A DNA stretch of 64,000 bases from Candidatus Pacearchaeota archaeon. GTDB lineage: Archaea; Nanobdellota; Nanobdellia; Pacearchaeales; GW2011-AR1. The stretch is from positions 34,013-98,012 of the forward strand of contig VGKP01000001.1 of assembly GCA_016866975.1 (NCBI GenBank), in the 5' to 3' direction. This document shows positions 31,292-41,015 of this stretch, piece by piece. Every line of letters starts with the position of its first letter. Within the stretch, counting starts at the first letter, position 1. Position numbers and translations under genes: made by a program. The notes below the pieces were generated by a model that did no database searches, was not told the DNA's origin, and was given only the letters and a program-made list of their open reading frames with translations.

Positions 31292-34200
31292 GGGCTGCTT
31301 TTATCTGAGAAAGAGCTGCAGAAACATCTTTTGGATCTGACTTATTCAATATCCTATCTATCCTGCCATCATAATCTTCTCTCTCTACATCCACATTCGC
31401 AAGATTAAGCCCTGATTCTAGCTTGACGAAATATTCTGCATGTAATGGAACTGATTTTCTTACCTTAGGTTCTGAAACTTCTTCTTGTATGCGATGTTCT
31501 ATCACCTTTGTTTCAGGCTTAAGCCTCAATCCAAGAGGTTCATTTGGCAAATTGACTTGGTGGCGTTGAGCTACTATCACATATGCCTCAACATTCTCTC
31601 CTCTTTCATCATCTCCTTTGCTTATCCTGCCCTGATATGTGCCTGTGAAATAAGGAATGACAGAAAAACCATAGTGCCCCATATCTTTTGAGAATGCGTC
31701 CCTACAAGAGTCGTCTATCTTCTTTGATGTCAGCACTGTTACAAGATATTTTCCATTTCCTAGCACCCTATTTGCCTCCCGCAAGAAACTGTCCCTGCCT
31801 TCCCTATCAAGAAGATCTAAGACCAAAGAAGCTACCATTACATCTTGTGAGGCATTATCTATCCTTACTTCGTTCTGATAATGGCCTTCTGAGTTGAATA
31901 CAGATTGAGGTGAACTGTTTAAAGGAACAAGCTTATTGAGATTGCATATATCTCCCAAATAACATGTGCTTTCAGGTATCTTTGATTCTGAGCAAGCATC
32001 TATCCCATGATGCAATTGGAATGGATTCAAATCTATTGCAGTAGTTGGCCTTTTTATTGTCTGAGCGACTGCCAGCGGCCCAGCACCTGCATCAAGTATT
32101 CTTTCGAGAGAGGTACAATATCTTTTTTCTATTCCTAGAAGAATATCCTTGGTCAGCCTTGCGATGTTTCCTGCATAGGTCTCATCCCATTTTCTATTAT
32201 ATATTGATGAAATGAAGAACGCATTATTCGCATGAGAAAGGGCTGCGCTGTACGTCATGCCTCCTGCACCTTCCATGGAATTAAAATGGGCTGCCAAGAC
32301 ATCTCTCACTCTCAGATTTTTAAGAGTATCGATGACTGATTTTTGGTCGTCTCCCTCTATCCATGACAGCATTTCTGAATCACTGACCTCTCCAGGATTT
32401 TGATGAATCTCCTCGATAAGCTTCTCCTTTCTTATACGCTTTCTTTCAAGATAACTCTCAACTGTCTGCAAGATAGGGGAACGAACATTTAGTATGTGGA
32501 CCTGTCTCCTCTGGCCAGATCTTACTGTCCGGCTTATCAATTGCTCGTGCTTGCAAGGCACAGTAGTCTCCTCAAAATTTATTATATAAGTTGCTTCCTT
32601 TGCTTCCATGCCTTCCCTAAGGGCCCTTGTTGTAACCAGCACAGAGACATCTGGATCTGTAGCAAACTCATGCAATACTTTCTCCCTTTCTGACATCCCA
32701 TATATCTCATAAGGAAGTATCTTTAGATGTTGCCTTGCCTGTGGCGAGAGATCGGAAAGATATGTCTCATCTCCCCTCATAAAGCCATCTTCCACAAGTA
32801 TGCATTTCTGCCATTCTTTTATCTTCACCTCTTTGACTTCTGCAGAAACTGTCTGGTCTATACGCCTTGCCCCGAGATCACTAAGCATAGACTCTAACTC
32901 AGTCGTCACATCTCTCTGATATTCGCATACCACCAAACACTTCTCACCTTTTTCTTTTATCTCCTTGACAAGGCCTCTAGTGAATTCCATACGCGATTTT
33001 TTGACTCTGCGTACTTTGTCTTCAAGACCTGGATTTGAATTGAAGAAAGATTGCATCCTCTCCTGCAAAGGATCATCGCCATCACATAAATGACCAAGAT
33101 TGTCTGGAAGAAGCTTGCTTGGATTTGCTATAAGATATCTTAGAAGAAGGTACTTTTCTCTACCGTCAAATACTTCTGCTTCAAGAAGAGCACTGAAAAG
33201 TTCTGTCTCTGCATCAGTTATATCATATGTGCGAGTCTCTGAGATTGGTTTCTTGACACTAGGATCGACCTCTTCAAGAGTGCGGATAGGAAAAACAGAC
33301 TTTAAGTCTATGAATGCCCTGACTTTCTTGGCAGTATCCTTGCCTTCTATAAATTTCTTGAAATCATCCGGGTCTTTTACAAATTCAGTCACATATGCTG
33401 CCCAAGCCAAGCCTTCAGGAGTATTTCCTATACCTGTACCTGACATCAATATGGCCCAGCGTGCAGGCCTGGCAATAGAAGCTATCGCCCTAGACCTTTT
33501 GGCGTCGGTACCAACAAGATTATGAAACTCATCCACTATAGCGTAATAAGGCATGTTCTCTGGAAAGACTTTCTGTTTCAGGGCGTCAAACACTGCCAAA
33601 GACTCTGACTTCGACTCTTCTCTAAGTATTATCTCGTGAAGCTCCGGTAAGGGAGTGTTTCTTTTCTTTAATTTTTCAACGCGCGTACTACCTATAAGAG
33701 GTCTAAGAAATTCATAGGCTTTGGAAGGTGTAGGATATTCGCAAAATACTCTGACCATTTCCCCCATTTCATCCTGAGGTTCAGAACCATTCCCCAGAGT
33801 TGCCCCCCTGAAAGTCATGTCATAACCTACAATGACAAAGCTTGTACCTGGAAGTGAAGCATGCCTTATCGCCTGTTCCCTGTTCTCTCTAGTTATTATC
33901 GCTATTTCGGGATTTACAAATAGCCTCTCAATCTCCCTGAGCCATATTGGCACTATATATCCTGGACAAGTTATGAATGTTTTTATGCTCTCTTGTCCTG
34001 CAGAAATCTCTGGGAGCATTCTATTGATGGGGACGATAGCACTTAGTGCGCTTATAGTCTTCCTTGTGCCTGGCTTGCTGAGCTCAATGACTTTTCCTCT
34101 CTGTGCCACTGTTGCTCCAACAAGCTTCTGCTCAAGAGAAGGCAGAGGATGCCTCTCAAATGAAAAATATCCTGCAGGCGCTACTTTATTTATAAGCGCC

Positions 34201-34382
34201 TTGAATCCTCCTGGATAGTCTTTGGAACTATCTAAAAGCTTTTTCCAATAAGGGACTTGTTTTAGAAAATCAGTATCGAACGGCCTTGGCAAAAACCCTA
34301 AACGATCTACAACGGCCCTTAACCTGCGCTCGAGGTCTGAAGAAGATGCTAAGTCACTATTTTGTTGGATGCTGCCGCTCAT
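31269..34382 (-). CDS. Island gene 3: SNF2-family helicase fused to a C-terminal class I SAM-dependent methyltransferase domain
   Basis: Helicase motifs are SKPGTRKT (I), VDEFHN (II), MSGTGIGNTPEGL (III, SNF2-like) and LVTTRALREGME (VI). The MTase motif I is ILDAGAGPL, followed by AIDLN and DVMVASLVLDLL. No (D/N/S)PP(Y/F/W) DNA-MTase motif was found. Confidence 0.6.
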   Translation of the reverse strand: MSGSIQQNSDLASSSDLERRLRAVVDRLGFLPRPFDTDFLKQVPYWKKLLDSSKDYPGGFKALINKVAPAGYFSFERHPLPSLEQKLVGATVAQRGKVIELSKPGTRKTISALSAIVPINRMLPEISAGQESIKTFITCPGYIVPIWLREIERLFVNPEIAIITRENREQAIRHASLPGTSFVIVGYDMTFRGATLGNGSEPQDEMGEMVRVFCEYPTPSKAYEFLRPLIGSTRVEKLKKRNTPLPELHEIILREESKSESLAVFDALKQKVFPENMPYYAIVDEFHNLVGTDAKRSRAIASIARPARWAILMSGTGIGNTPEGLAWAAYVTEFVKDPDDFKKFIEGKDTAKKVRAFIDLKSVFPIRTLEEVDPSVKKPISETRTYDITDAETELFSALLEAEVFDGREKYLLLRYLIANPSKLLPDNLGHLCDGDDPLQERMQSFFNSNPGLEDKVRRVKKSRMEFTRGLVKEIKEKGEKCLVVCEYQRDVTTELESMLSDLGARRIDQTVSAEVKEVKIKEWQKCILVEDGFMRGDETYLSDLSPQARQHLKILPYEIYGMSEREKVLHEFATDPDVSVLVTTRALREGMEAKEATYIINFEETTVPCKHEQLISRTVRSGQRRQVHILNVRSPILQTVESYLERKRIRKEKLIEEIHQNPGEVSDSEMLSWIEGDDQKSVIDTLKNLRVRDVLAAHFNSMEGAGGMTYSAALSHANNAFFISSIYNRKWDETYAGNIARLTKDILLGIEKRYCTSLERILDAGAGPLAVAQTIKRPTTAIDLNPFQLHHGIDACSESKIPESTCYLGDICNLNKLVPLNSSPQSVFNSEGHYQNEVRIDNASQDVMVASLVLDLLDREGRDSFLREANRVLGNGKYLVTVLTSKKIDDSCRDAFSKDMGHYGFSVIPYFTGTYQGRISKGDDERGENVEAYVIVAQRHQVNLPNEPLGLRLKPETKVIEHRIQEEVSEPKVRKSVPLHAEYFVKLESGLNLANVDVEREDYDGRIDRILNKSDPKDVSAALSQIKAALGGYDGK

Positions 34383-35988
34383 TGACTACAGCCCCCTGAA
34401 ATCTTGACCTTTGCGAGCCAATATAGTAAGTAAGGAGGCTCTCCATCATTGTGCCTCTCTTTCCATCCGGAGCAGCCAATGGCTCGTCTCCTTTAAGTGT
34501 GGTGAAGACAGATTGCCTTACTCTCTGAGGTATAGAATCATAAATTTTTATGCCTAGCTGATAGTCATCTAATGCAGACTTGAGATCAATTTCTTTGATA
34601 GATCTTTCCTCGACCAATTTCTCGAATGCAGGCCATAACACTGCATCATATTTATTGAATCTCCTCATCAGATGCTTTATAGGAAATCCATATTGCGTTG
34701 ACAATCCTGCTAGCTCTCTATCACTCTCCCTGAATTCGTTTTTTTCTCCTGAAGAGTTTTCTATCTCTCCTCTCTTTGGAAGATAGCCTTTAAGCCATAA
34801 TCCCTCAAAAATGAAATCAAGCTCGTTTGAAGAATATTGAAGACTTTGATTAATCATGTTTGCTGTCAGCGCCATCATACCTTCATAGACATGATTAGTT
34901 GTTGATTCACTCGTCTTTCCTCTGCTCTTATTGAAGAAAGGCGCTACTCTCTTCATTCTCTCGTCCTTGTCTATAACTTCGGCAGCTTTTGCTACTCTTA
35001 TCCACCAACCCAGGCTCGTCCTTATCCTTGTCTCTAAAGCAGTATCATTACGAACAATTCTCAGTGTGCTAAAACGAAGAGCGTCAAACATTTCTTCAAC
35101 TTCCACTCCTTCAACCCTATGTCTTGGATTTGAGAAGAATTCATAGGCCGGCCTTGCATTTGAGCTCTGCGCAAGATATTCAAAGGCATCTTTATAGTTA
35201 GCACCAAGATGAATAGACTGCATAAATTCGTTTATGCAGGGCGTAACCATCTCATTCGCGAGAAGAGAATTTATTCGATTCCTGTGTATCTTAAATATCT
35301 TGCCTCTATATGCCTTCATGAAGTCTATATTGCTCTGGAGGCTGAATGTGAATCCTGAATTTGCTGCACTATTGAGGACCTTCTCTGGAACACCTAAAGA
35401 TCTCAATTCATCAAAAGATTCTAGAGCCTTGCCTTTTTGTCCGCTTATCTGACTAAATGCCTCTGCTATAAGATACCCTTTATGGCCCTTAAGATAACTG
35501 ACAAGGGCTGGATCGACTATTACTTGATAGGAGGGCTTAGGAACACTCTGGATAGGCGGTTTATTAGGGCCTGGTTTATACTGCTTTGTATTCAAAGCTG
35601 GGACTCTGGGCAATGCGCATCCAGTAAATACGTTCTCTAGAAGATGTTCAAGACTACGTGCTCCAACCAGTCCTTCTCTTTCCAGGATATCTACCTGTAA
35701 ATCCCTGATGTTCTGCCCTAGCTGCCCATTGTGGAAAGTAGTCATGAATTTGACCCTTGGATTGCCAAAAGGAAGCTCTATGCAGGCTATGTAAACCTGA
35801 CTATTGGTTGATTGATAAGATTCTGTCTCTTGGGCGCACACCTTCTGAATATCTGAAAGGATGCGCTCTAGTTCGTCAGTAGTTATCTGGCCTTTTGTAG
35901 ATATCTTGCCTGATATAATTGCCTCAAAATACTTGTCATGACCTAATCTTGCTACTATCTCCTCCCTGGAGCCTATAACCTTACTCAT
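34357..35988 (-). CDS. Island gene 2: hypothetical protein
   Basis: The 543 aa ORF overlaps gene 3 by 26 bp. No motif was recognised. Confidence 0.45.
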   Translation of the reverse strand: MSKVIGSREEIVARLGHDKYFEAIISGKISTKGQITTDELERILSDIQKVCAQETESYQSTNSQVYIACIELPFGNPRVKFMTTFHNGQLGQNIRDLQVDILEREGLVGARSLEHLLENVFTGCALPRVPALNTKQYKPGPNKPPIQSVPKPSYQVIVDPALVSYLKGHKGYLIAEAFSQISGQKGKALESFDELRSLGVPEKVLNSAANSGFTFSLQSNIDFMKAYRGKIFKIHRNRINSLLANEMVTPCINEFMQSIHLGANYKDAFEYLAQSSNARPAYEFFSNPRHRVEGVEVEEMFDALRFSTLRIVRNDTALETRIRTSLGWWIRVAKAAEVIDKDERMKRVAPFFNKSRGKTSESTTNHVYEGMMALTANMINQSLQYSSNELDFIFEGLWLKGYLPKRGEIENSSGEKNEFRESDRELAGLSTQYGFPIKHLMRRFNKYDAVLWPAFEKLVEERSIKEIDLKSALDDYQLGIKIYDSIPQRVRQSVFTTLKGDEPLAAPDGKRGTMMESLLTYYIGSQRSRFQGAVVNERQHPTK

Positions 35989-37621
35989 ATATATCTCCTA
36001 GAGAATAATTTCTCCAATTTACACCAAGCTTGCTCAGAACCTTTCTAGAGCGTGCTTCTTTGACCCTTTGTGTGAACCCTGAGATTAGACCAGTTGGATT
36101 AGAAGGCATCTCGAACTCAAGAGTGAAGATAGGGCTTCCCAAGCAGGAAGTTGTCCTACTACCTGAAATTTTCTCTCCTTGAAGAGATTCCTTGATTGAA
36201 GTTGACAAGTCATGATTAACTGCTCTTGTAAAATTAGTCTCTGCTGTCTCTTGAGTGCATGGAACGATATACGATAAAGATACCGTGTTTCCTGTACTTG
36301 ATGCAAGAGTGACTATTGGTAGTGTGTATGGAAGTGTTGAAGAATTATAAGTTGCATGTGCAAGATTGTAATTTTCCCTGTTTGAATCCAAAACTCTTAA
36401 GAATTGATGAGCTATTGGTATTCCCTGCTCCCAGCCATTTGACTGCGTAAGAAAATCCTGTATCGCCTTTTCAATATATTCTTTTTCTTTCAGAGAGAGT
36501 GAGGCACCCATACTGATAGCATTGTGCAAAGATAGAGCTCCAAGATAAGGCAATCTTAATTTTCCATATTCATTTGAATCTTTGAATTCTCTTGTTCTAA
36601 GTAAGGCAGCAGATTTGAGATCATCCCAAGATGAATCGAGAGGAAGGCCAATAGAGGATGCTAATGCTACCAATTCTGGAGTCAGTACGAAAGACCTCTC
36701 GTCGGTTTCAAGAGCATTGCGGACGAGATCTTCTATATTCTGAGGAAAAGCCACCTCATAAGCTTTTAAACATTGATCATAAGAAGCTCCTGCAATCCTA
36801 CGCGCAGTCATAACGCCAAGCTCTTCCAAAGAAAATTCATCAGTCTTAGGGGCTGCGGCTAGACGAGAATGAAGGCCAACATTCTCCTCCCTGAGACGGT
36901 CAAGTGCCTCATTTGCTTCTAAAAGTGCGACCTCTGACTGCTCTGCCTGTCCACTCAAATTCTGGTATTCAGACTCAAGAGTGCTATAACTCTGGCTTAA
37001 CTTGGAAGCAGTTTCCTCAGCTTTATTGGCGCGTGCATTTGCCTCTTCTAACAAAGTATTGCTTGAGCTAGTAAGTGTCTGAAGCTGATGGTTGAGTTTA
37101 CCATTCTGTTCTTCAAGAGCCTGATTGGCTCCCTGAAGAGTTTCGTATTCCTTAATTTTAGCCACTAAAGCACGATTAGTAGTGCCAAGTTGTACCTTAG
37201 TATTTTCCAATCCTCTTTCAACATTAGTTAGCTTTCCTTCCAAATCTCTCTGAAGATTATTAAATTCTCTGCGCGAAACTAATTTCTTGCCAGAGGGTAA
37301 GATTTCTATAGTATATTTCTTAAAGCACCCAGAACCATGTCGGGCTGTAGTAGATGAAAGAAGAGATTCTACTGCTTGAGTAAGAATATTCTGTCCCAAA
37401 TTATCTACTGAGATAACCTCTTTACATAGTCCTAAATACACTTGAATTTTAGATTTATCTAATATTGGGATCACGCTTATTGGCAAACCATGTTTTCTGG
37501 ACATTGTAGACGCGACATTTTTAAAATGATTATGAAAAGAGCTCCAGCAGTCTTGGTGAAACATTTCATAAACAATACGCATTACATATGGCTCTTCAGA
37601 TTCTTGTTCTTGATTTGACAT
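35981..37621 (-). CDS. Island gene 1: hypothetical protein with a long central coiled-coil
   Basis: The 546 aa protein has heptad-rich residues at about 115-260 (LEGKLTNVERGLENTKVQL...ALDRLREEN). Confidence 0.45.
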   Translation of the reverse strand: MSNQEQESEEPYVMRIVYEMFHQDCWSSFHNHFKNVASTMSRKHGLPISVIPILDKSKIQVYLGLCKEVISVDNLGQNILTQAVESLLSSTTARHGSGCFKKYTIEILPSGKKLVSRREFNNLQRDLEGKLTNVERGLENTKVQLGTTNRALVAKIKEYETLQGANQALEEQNGKLNHQLQTLTSSSNTLLEEANARANKAEETASKLSQSYSTLESEYQNLSGQAEQSEVALLEANEALDRLREENVGLHSRLAAAPKTDEFSLEELGVMTARRIAGASYDQCLKAYEVAFPQNIEDLVRNALETDERSFVLTPELVALASSIGLPLDSSWDDLKSAALLRTREFKDSNEYGKLRLPYLGALSLHNAISMGASLSLKEKEYIEKAIQDFLTQSNGWEQGIPIAHQFLRVLDSNRENYNLAHATYNSSTLPYTLPIVTLASSTGNTVSLSYIVPCTQETAETNFTRAVNHDLSTSIKESLQGEKISGSRTTSCLGSPIFTLEFEMPSNPTGLISGFTQRVKEARSRKVLSKLGVNWRNYSLGDIYE

Positions 37622-37640
37622 GTAAATGCCTTCATTTTCT

Positions 37641-37650
37641 TATTTTTAAA
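37641..37650 (-). promoter_or_regulatory. Candidate TATA box for the five-gene island operon, implying a leaderless or short-leader transcript
   Basis: Reads tttaaaaata on the coding strand 20-29 nt upstream of the gene 1 ATG. Confidence 0.35.
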
Positions 37651-37735
37651 CCTTTCTATATGTTATCCCTTAGTAGTTACACTACTGGCTTCTGATATTT
37701 AAGAGAACCTATTTTATAAGATATTAGTGAGTGAT

Positions 37736-38644
37736 CTACGCTTTCCCCACACTTCCGAAAAGTCTAAGATGCTCTTCTACACTTCTTTGAGTGGCTTTCT
37801 GTGCATAAGAAAGAGCATCACGAGGGTTGATTGATTCTGGATGCTTTTGCGTGTATTCTCTTAGGGCTGTGGAGAATGCAAGGCGGAGGTCTGTATCTAC
37901 ATTTATTTTGCAGATCCCTAAATTAATTGCTTTCTTTATTTGTGACTTTGGTATGCCTTGAGCTTTGCCGACCTGCATACCCAATGAACGTGCTTTGGTA
38001 AGCGCATGTTTGGGAACGAGAGAAGCACCATGAAGAACTAGGGGAATGGAAACACGTTTACGAATTTCTTTGAGAATATCGAGCCGGAGGCGGTCGCCTT
38101 TGACTTTGTATGCTCCATGACTCGTACCAATGGCGACTGCAAGAGAATCTATGCCTGTCTGCCTTACAAATTTTACGGCTTGCTTAGGGTCTGTACACCA
38201 ACTAGTGCCCTCTAAATCATCTTCTTTTCCCCCTATAATGCCAAGTTCAGATTCTACAGTGATATTTCTCTTTTTAGCTGCTTTTACAATTTCTTTAGTG
38301 AGCTTAATATTTTCTTCAAATGGATGATGTGAAGCATCAATCATTACGCTAGTGTATCCAATACTTATTGCTTTTTTTATCAATTTCATATCCCTTCCGT
38401 GATCGACATGAATGGCGATGGGTACTTTTGATTCTCTTGCCGCAATACGCATCATATCAATTAGTATCTCAAGACCTGCATAGGCTATGGCGGACTCACT
38501 TGTCTGTATGATTATTGGGGATTGAAGATTTTCAGCAGCGTCTATTGCTGCGTGAAGAGTTTCTATATTGTAGATGTTGAAAGCCCCCACTGCATACTTT
38601 CCTTTCTGCGCTTTATTCAGAATTGTTTTTGCTGTTATGATCAT
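37736..38644 (-). CDS. fba: Class II fructose/tagatose-bisphosphate aldolase
   Basis: The IHVDHG zinc-ligand motif lies in a 302 aa protein. Confidence 0.8.
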   Translation of the reverse strand: MIITAKTILNKAQKGKYAVGAFNIYNIETLHAAIDAAENLQSPIIIQTSESAIAYAGLEILIDMMRIAARESKVPIAIHVDHGRDMKLIKKAISIGYTSVMIDASHHPFEENIKLTKEIVKAAKKRNITVESELGIIGGKEDDLEGTSWCTDPKQAVKFVRQTGIDSLAVAIGTSHGAYKVKGDRLRLDILKEIRKRVSIPLVLHGASLVPKHALTKARSLGMQVGKAQGIPKSQIKKAINLGICKINVDTDLRLAFSTALREYTQKHPESINPRDALSYAQKATQRSVEEHLRLFGSVGKA

Positions 38645-39552
38645 TCTAATTTTGTAAGGAGCCCTGTGTGGGCACCGATTGATGAGAGAACTGATTGAGA
38701 CTCTTTTACACCATAGGATAGCGCAGTAGGCAGATCTTTGCCAATCATCCTTGCGTAAACAAAGCCCGCTGCGAAAGCATCTCCCGCCCCAGTGGCATTT
38801 ATGGGATGGAGATTCTTTATTTTTTGAGTGTGATGTTGTTGGCCCATATAGGCATGCACTGGGTTCGCACCATCAGTGATGACAAGTATGCCTGGAAGAT
38901 ATTTTAATATAGCCATAGCTGCTTTGTTTAAGTCTCTTTTCTTTGAAATAAGCTCTGCTTCATCCCGATTAATTATGAGGATGCTGATTTTTTGAAGGAA
39001 AGATGAAAGTTTATGGGTGCCTAGTGAAGCAGCATATGAACTTAGATTTGCTGCAACAGGGACATGATGCTCGCGTGCCACTTTTGCAACGCGCTGCGCA
39101 GTCTCGAAGCTTTTTCCATGGAGTGTAGATATGTATATCCAATGAGTTTTGAATTCTGGGAGATCGTTAATTTCAAGCTGGTCATTGATCCCTTTATGGA
39201 CCAAAATTGTGCGGTCCTCTTTTCCAGTCAAAATGATAGAGAATCCTGTAGGTCCATTCTTAATCTTACCTAAAAATGTCACGTTTTCTTTTTTGAGGTC
39301 ATTGAGAATTGTATGCGCGTGTTCATCGTTGCCCAGGCAGGCAATTGATGCCGTCTTCAATCCCAGCCTTGAAAAAGCTATCGCAGTGTTTAGTGCACCT
39401 CCTCCTGTACAAAAAAAAAGATTTTCCACAAGTACTTTTTCACCTTCATGGAAGCAGATATCCAGATGGTCGTGATGTTTCTTCTCTAGTTTTTTTCCTA
39501 AAACAAACAGGTCCCTGTTCATCCCACCTATAGTGATTATATCGTAGCTCAT
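38641..39552 (-). CDS. PfkB-family carbohydrate kinase
   Basis: The GAGDAF motif (INATGAGDAFAAGF) is present. Confidence 0.75.
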   Translation of the reverse strand: MSYDIITIGGMNRDLFVLGKKLEKKHHDHLDICFHEGEKVLVENLFFCTGGGALNTAIAFSRLGLKTASIACLGNDEHAHTILNDLKKENVTFLGKIKNGPTGFSIILTGKEDRTILVHKGINDQLEINDLPEFKTHWIYISTLHGKSFETAQRVAKVAREHHVPVAANLSSYAASLGTHKLSSFLQKISILIINRDEAELISKKRDLNKAAMAILKYLPGILVITDGANPVHAYMGQQHHTQKIKNLHPINATGAGDAFAAGFVYARMIGKDLPTALSYGVKESQSVLSSIGAHTGLLTKLE

Positions 39553-40511
39553 TTGATCAAATTGATGGCTTTATTTATTAGGAAAGATTGGATATTTTCT
39601 ATGGTAGTGAAAAGAATCCGTTGGACCGATTCCTTACTATAAAAAGCTGAATGTGGGGTGAAAAAAACGTCTTGGTGTGAAAGAAGATATTTTTGGTCTG
39701 GAGAGAGTTTGTTATGTTCCAATATATTATCCTCATTCTCCATGACATCTAATCCTGCTCCTGAAATCTTATTTGACCTGAGAGCTTTTACCAGCGCCCT
39801 TGTATCTATAACTGGCCCTCTAGAAGTATTAATAATGATTGCGCCTTTTTTTACGTACTTGAAAGTCTTTTCATTAAGCAAATGTCTTGTCTGGTCTGTA
39901 AGAAGAACGTGTAATGTGATTATGTCTGATTTTTTGAGTAGTTCTGGCAAGTCTACATAAGTGTAATTCATTGTCTTCGCCGCCTCTTCATTCTTGAAAA
40001 TATCATATGCAAGTACGTTCATTCCAAATCCTTTAGCAATATGTATTGAAGACTGCCCTATCTTTCCTGTCCCAATCACTCCAATCGTCTTTCTTTTAAG
40101 ATCAAAACAATTCATTTCTGCAATTGGCTTCTTATTCTCCAAGACTTCTTTCCTTGTCTGAGAGACTCTTCTTGATAATTCCAATATGAGCGCAAATGCA
40201 TGCTCTGCCACAGTATTCTCGCCATAAGAAGGGACATTGCATACAACTATGCCTCTTTTCCTGCATTCTTCAAGGCTTATATGGTCGAACCCGGTTGAAC
40301 GTGTTGTAATAAGTTTAAGATTTGGGAGCTGATCAAGAATATCTTTATTGATTTTTGAGCATATGTAAACAGAGAGAATCTCGGTATCCTTTACTTTCCT
40401 TACGTTCTTTACTGTCAGAATATCATCTGAGAAGAATAGCTTGTGCGACTTGAATGTCTTTTTAAGCTCTTCTTTTTCCCATGGATGGGTCTCGAAAAAT
40501 GATATCTGCAT
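39549..40511 (-). CDS. D-isomer-specific 2-hydroxyacid dehydrogenase
   Basis: The NAD-binding motif GVIGTGKIGQ is present. Catalytic R/E/H positions follow the family pattern. Confidence 0.75.
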   Translation of the reverse strand: MQISFFETHPWEKEELKKTFKSHKLFFSDDILTVKNVRKVKDTEILSVYICSKINKDILDQLPNLKLITTRSTGFDHISLEECRKRGIVVCNVPSYGENTVAEHAFALILELSRRVSQTRKEVLENKKPIAEMNCFDLKRKTIGVIGTGKIGQSSIHIAKGFGMNVLAYDIFKNEEAAKTMNYTYVDLPELLKKSDIITLHVLLTDQTRHLLNEKTFKYVKKGAIIINTSRGPVIDTRALVKALRSNKISGAGLDVMENEDNILEHNKLSPDQKYLLSHQDVFFTPHSAFYSKESVQRILFTTIENIQSFLINKAINLIK

Positions 40512-40813
40512 ATGGTCTCCTTTTATTTATATGTTAAGAAATGGATATATAAAAAGGTATGTGCCTGTTCCGAGCGTAATAGCACAATGTCTCTTTCTAT
40601 TGGAATACAAGAATAATACAAGTCTCTTATAAGAGCAATTTGTTTTGTAGTCAGATGAAAATAGGTCTATATAGACACAAAGAAAGATGGGAGAAGATTC
40701 AAATTAAAAGGCTTATGTGATTTATTATAAGCTACGAAATAGGCATTTTTGGTCTGAGAAATGTTTAAAAAGGGTCGGTCTTACCCGTGCCTAATTAAAC
40801 CCTTTTTAGCACC

Positions 40814-40957
40814 ATGAGAAAAAGCAAGATAGTAGAAGACACGGAAGAAGAGGAAATTGAAGAAGCTTTTGATGAAGAGGCGTTAGAACATCTTCACGAT
40901 GATGAGGAATTCGATGATGAACCTCAAAATAAAGAAGAAGATGACCCTTTCTCATAA
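40814..40957 (+). CDS. Small acidic protein of 47 aa, below the ORF-track cutoff
   Basis: ATG..TAA translates to MRKSKIVEDTEEEEIEEAF...DDPFS. Confidence 0.2.
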   Translation: MRKSKIVEDTEEEEIEEAFDEEALEHLHDDEEFDDEPQNKEEDDPFS

Positions 40958-40980
40958 GCGCACCTAGCTAGGCAATCACC

Positions 40981-40990
40981 ACTAATTTTA
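40981..40990 (+). promoter_or_regulatory. Candidate TATA box for the thermosome gene
   Basis: Reads aattttaaaa about 30 nt upstream of the ATG at 41016. Confidence 0.35.
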
Positions 40991-41015
40991 AAAGAGAGAA
41001 GGGCATTGCCAAATT

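Noticed and set aside
31269-34382. Assigning the island to DISARM, BREX or a Type I/ISP R-M system
   Set aside because: The MTase domain lacks any DPPY/NPPF-type DNA-methyltransferase motif. No PLD, DUF1998, PglZ or specificity-subunit features were seen in the neighbours. I therefore left the system unclassified rather than forcing a known label.
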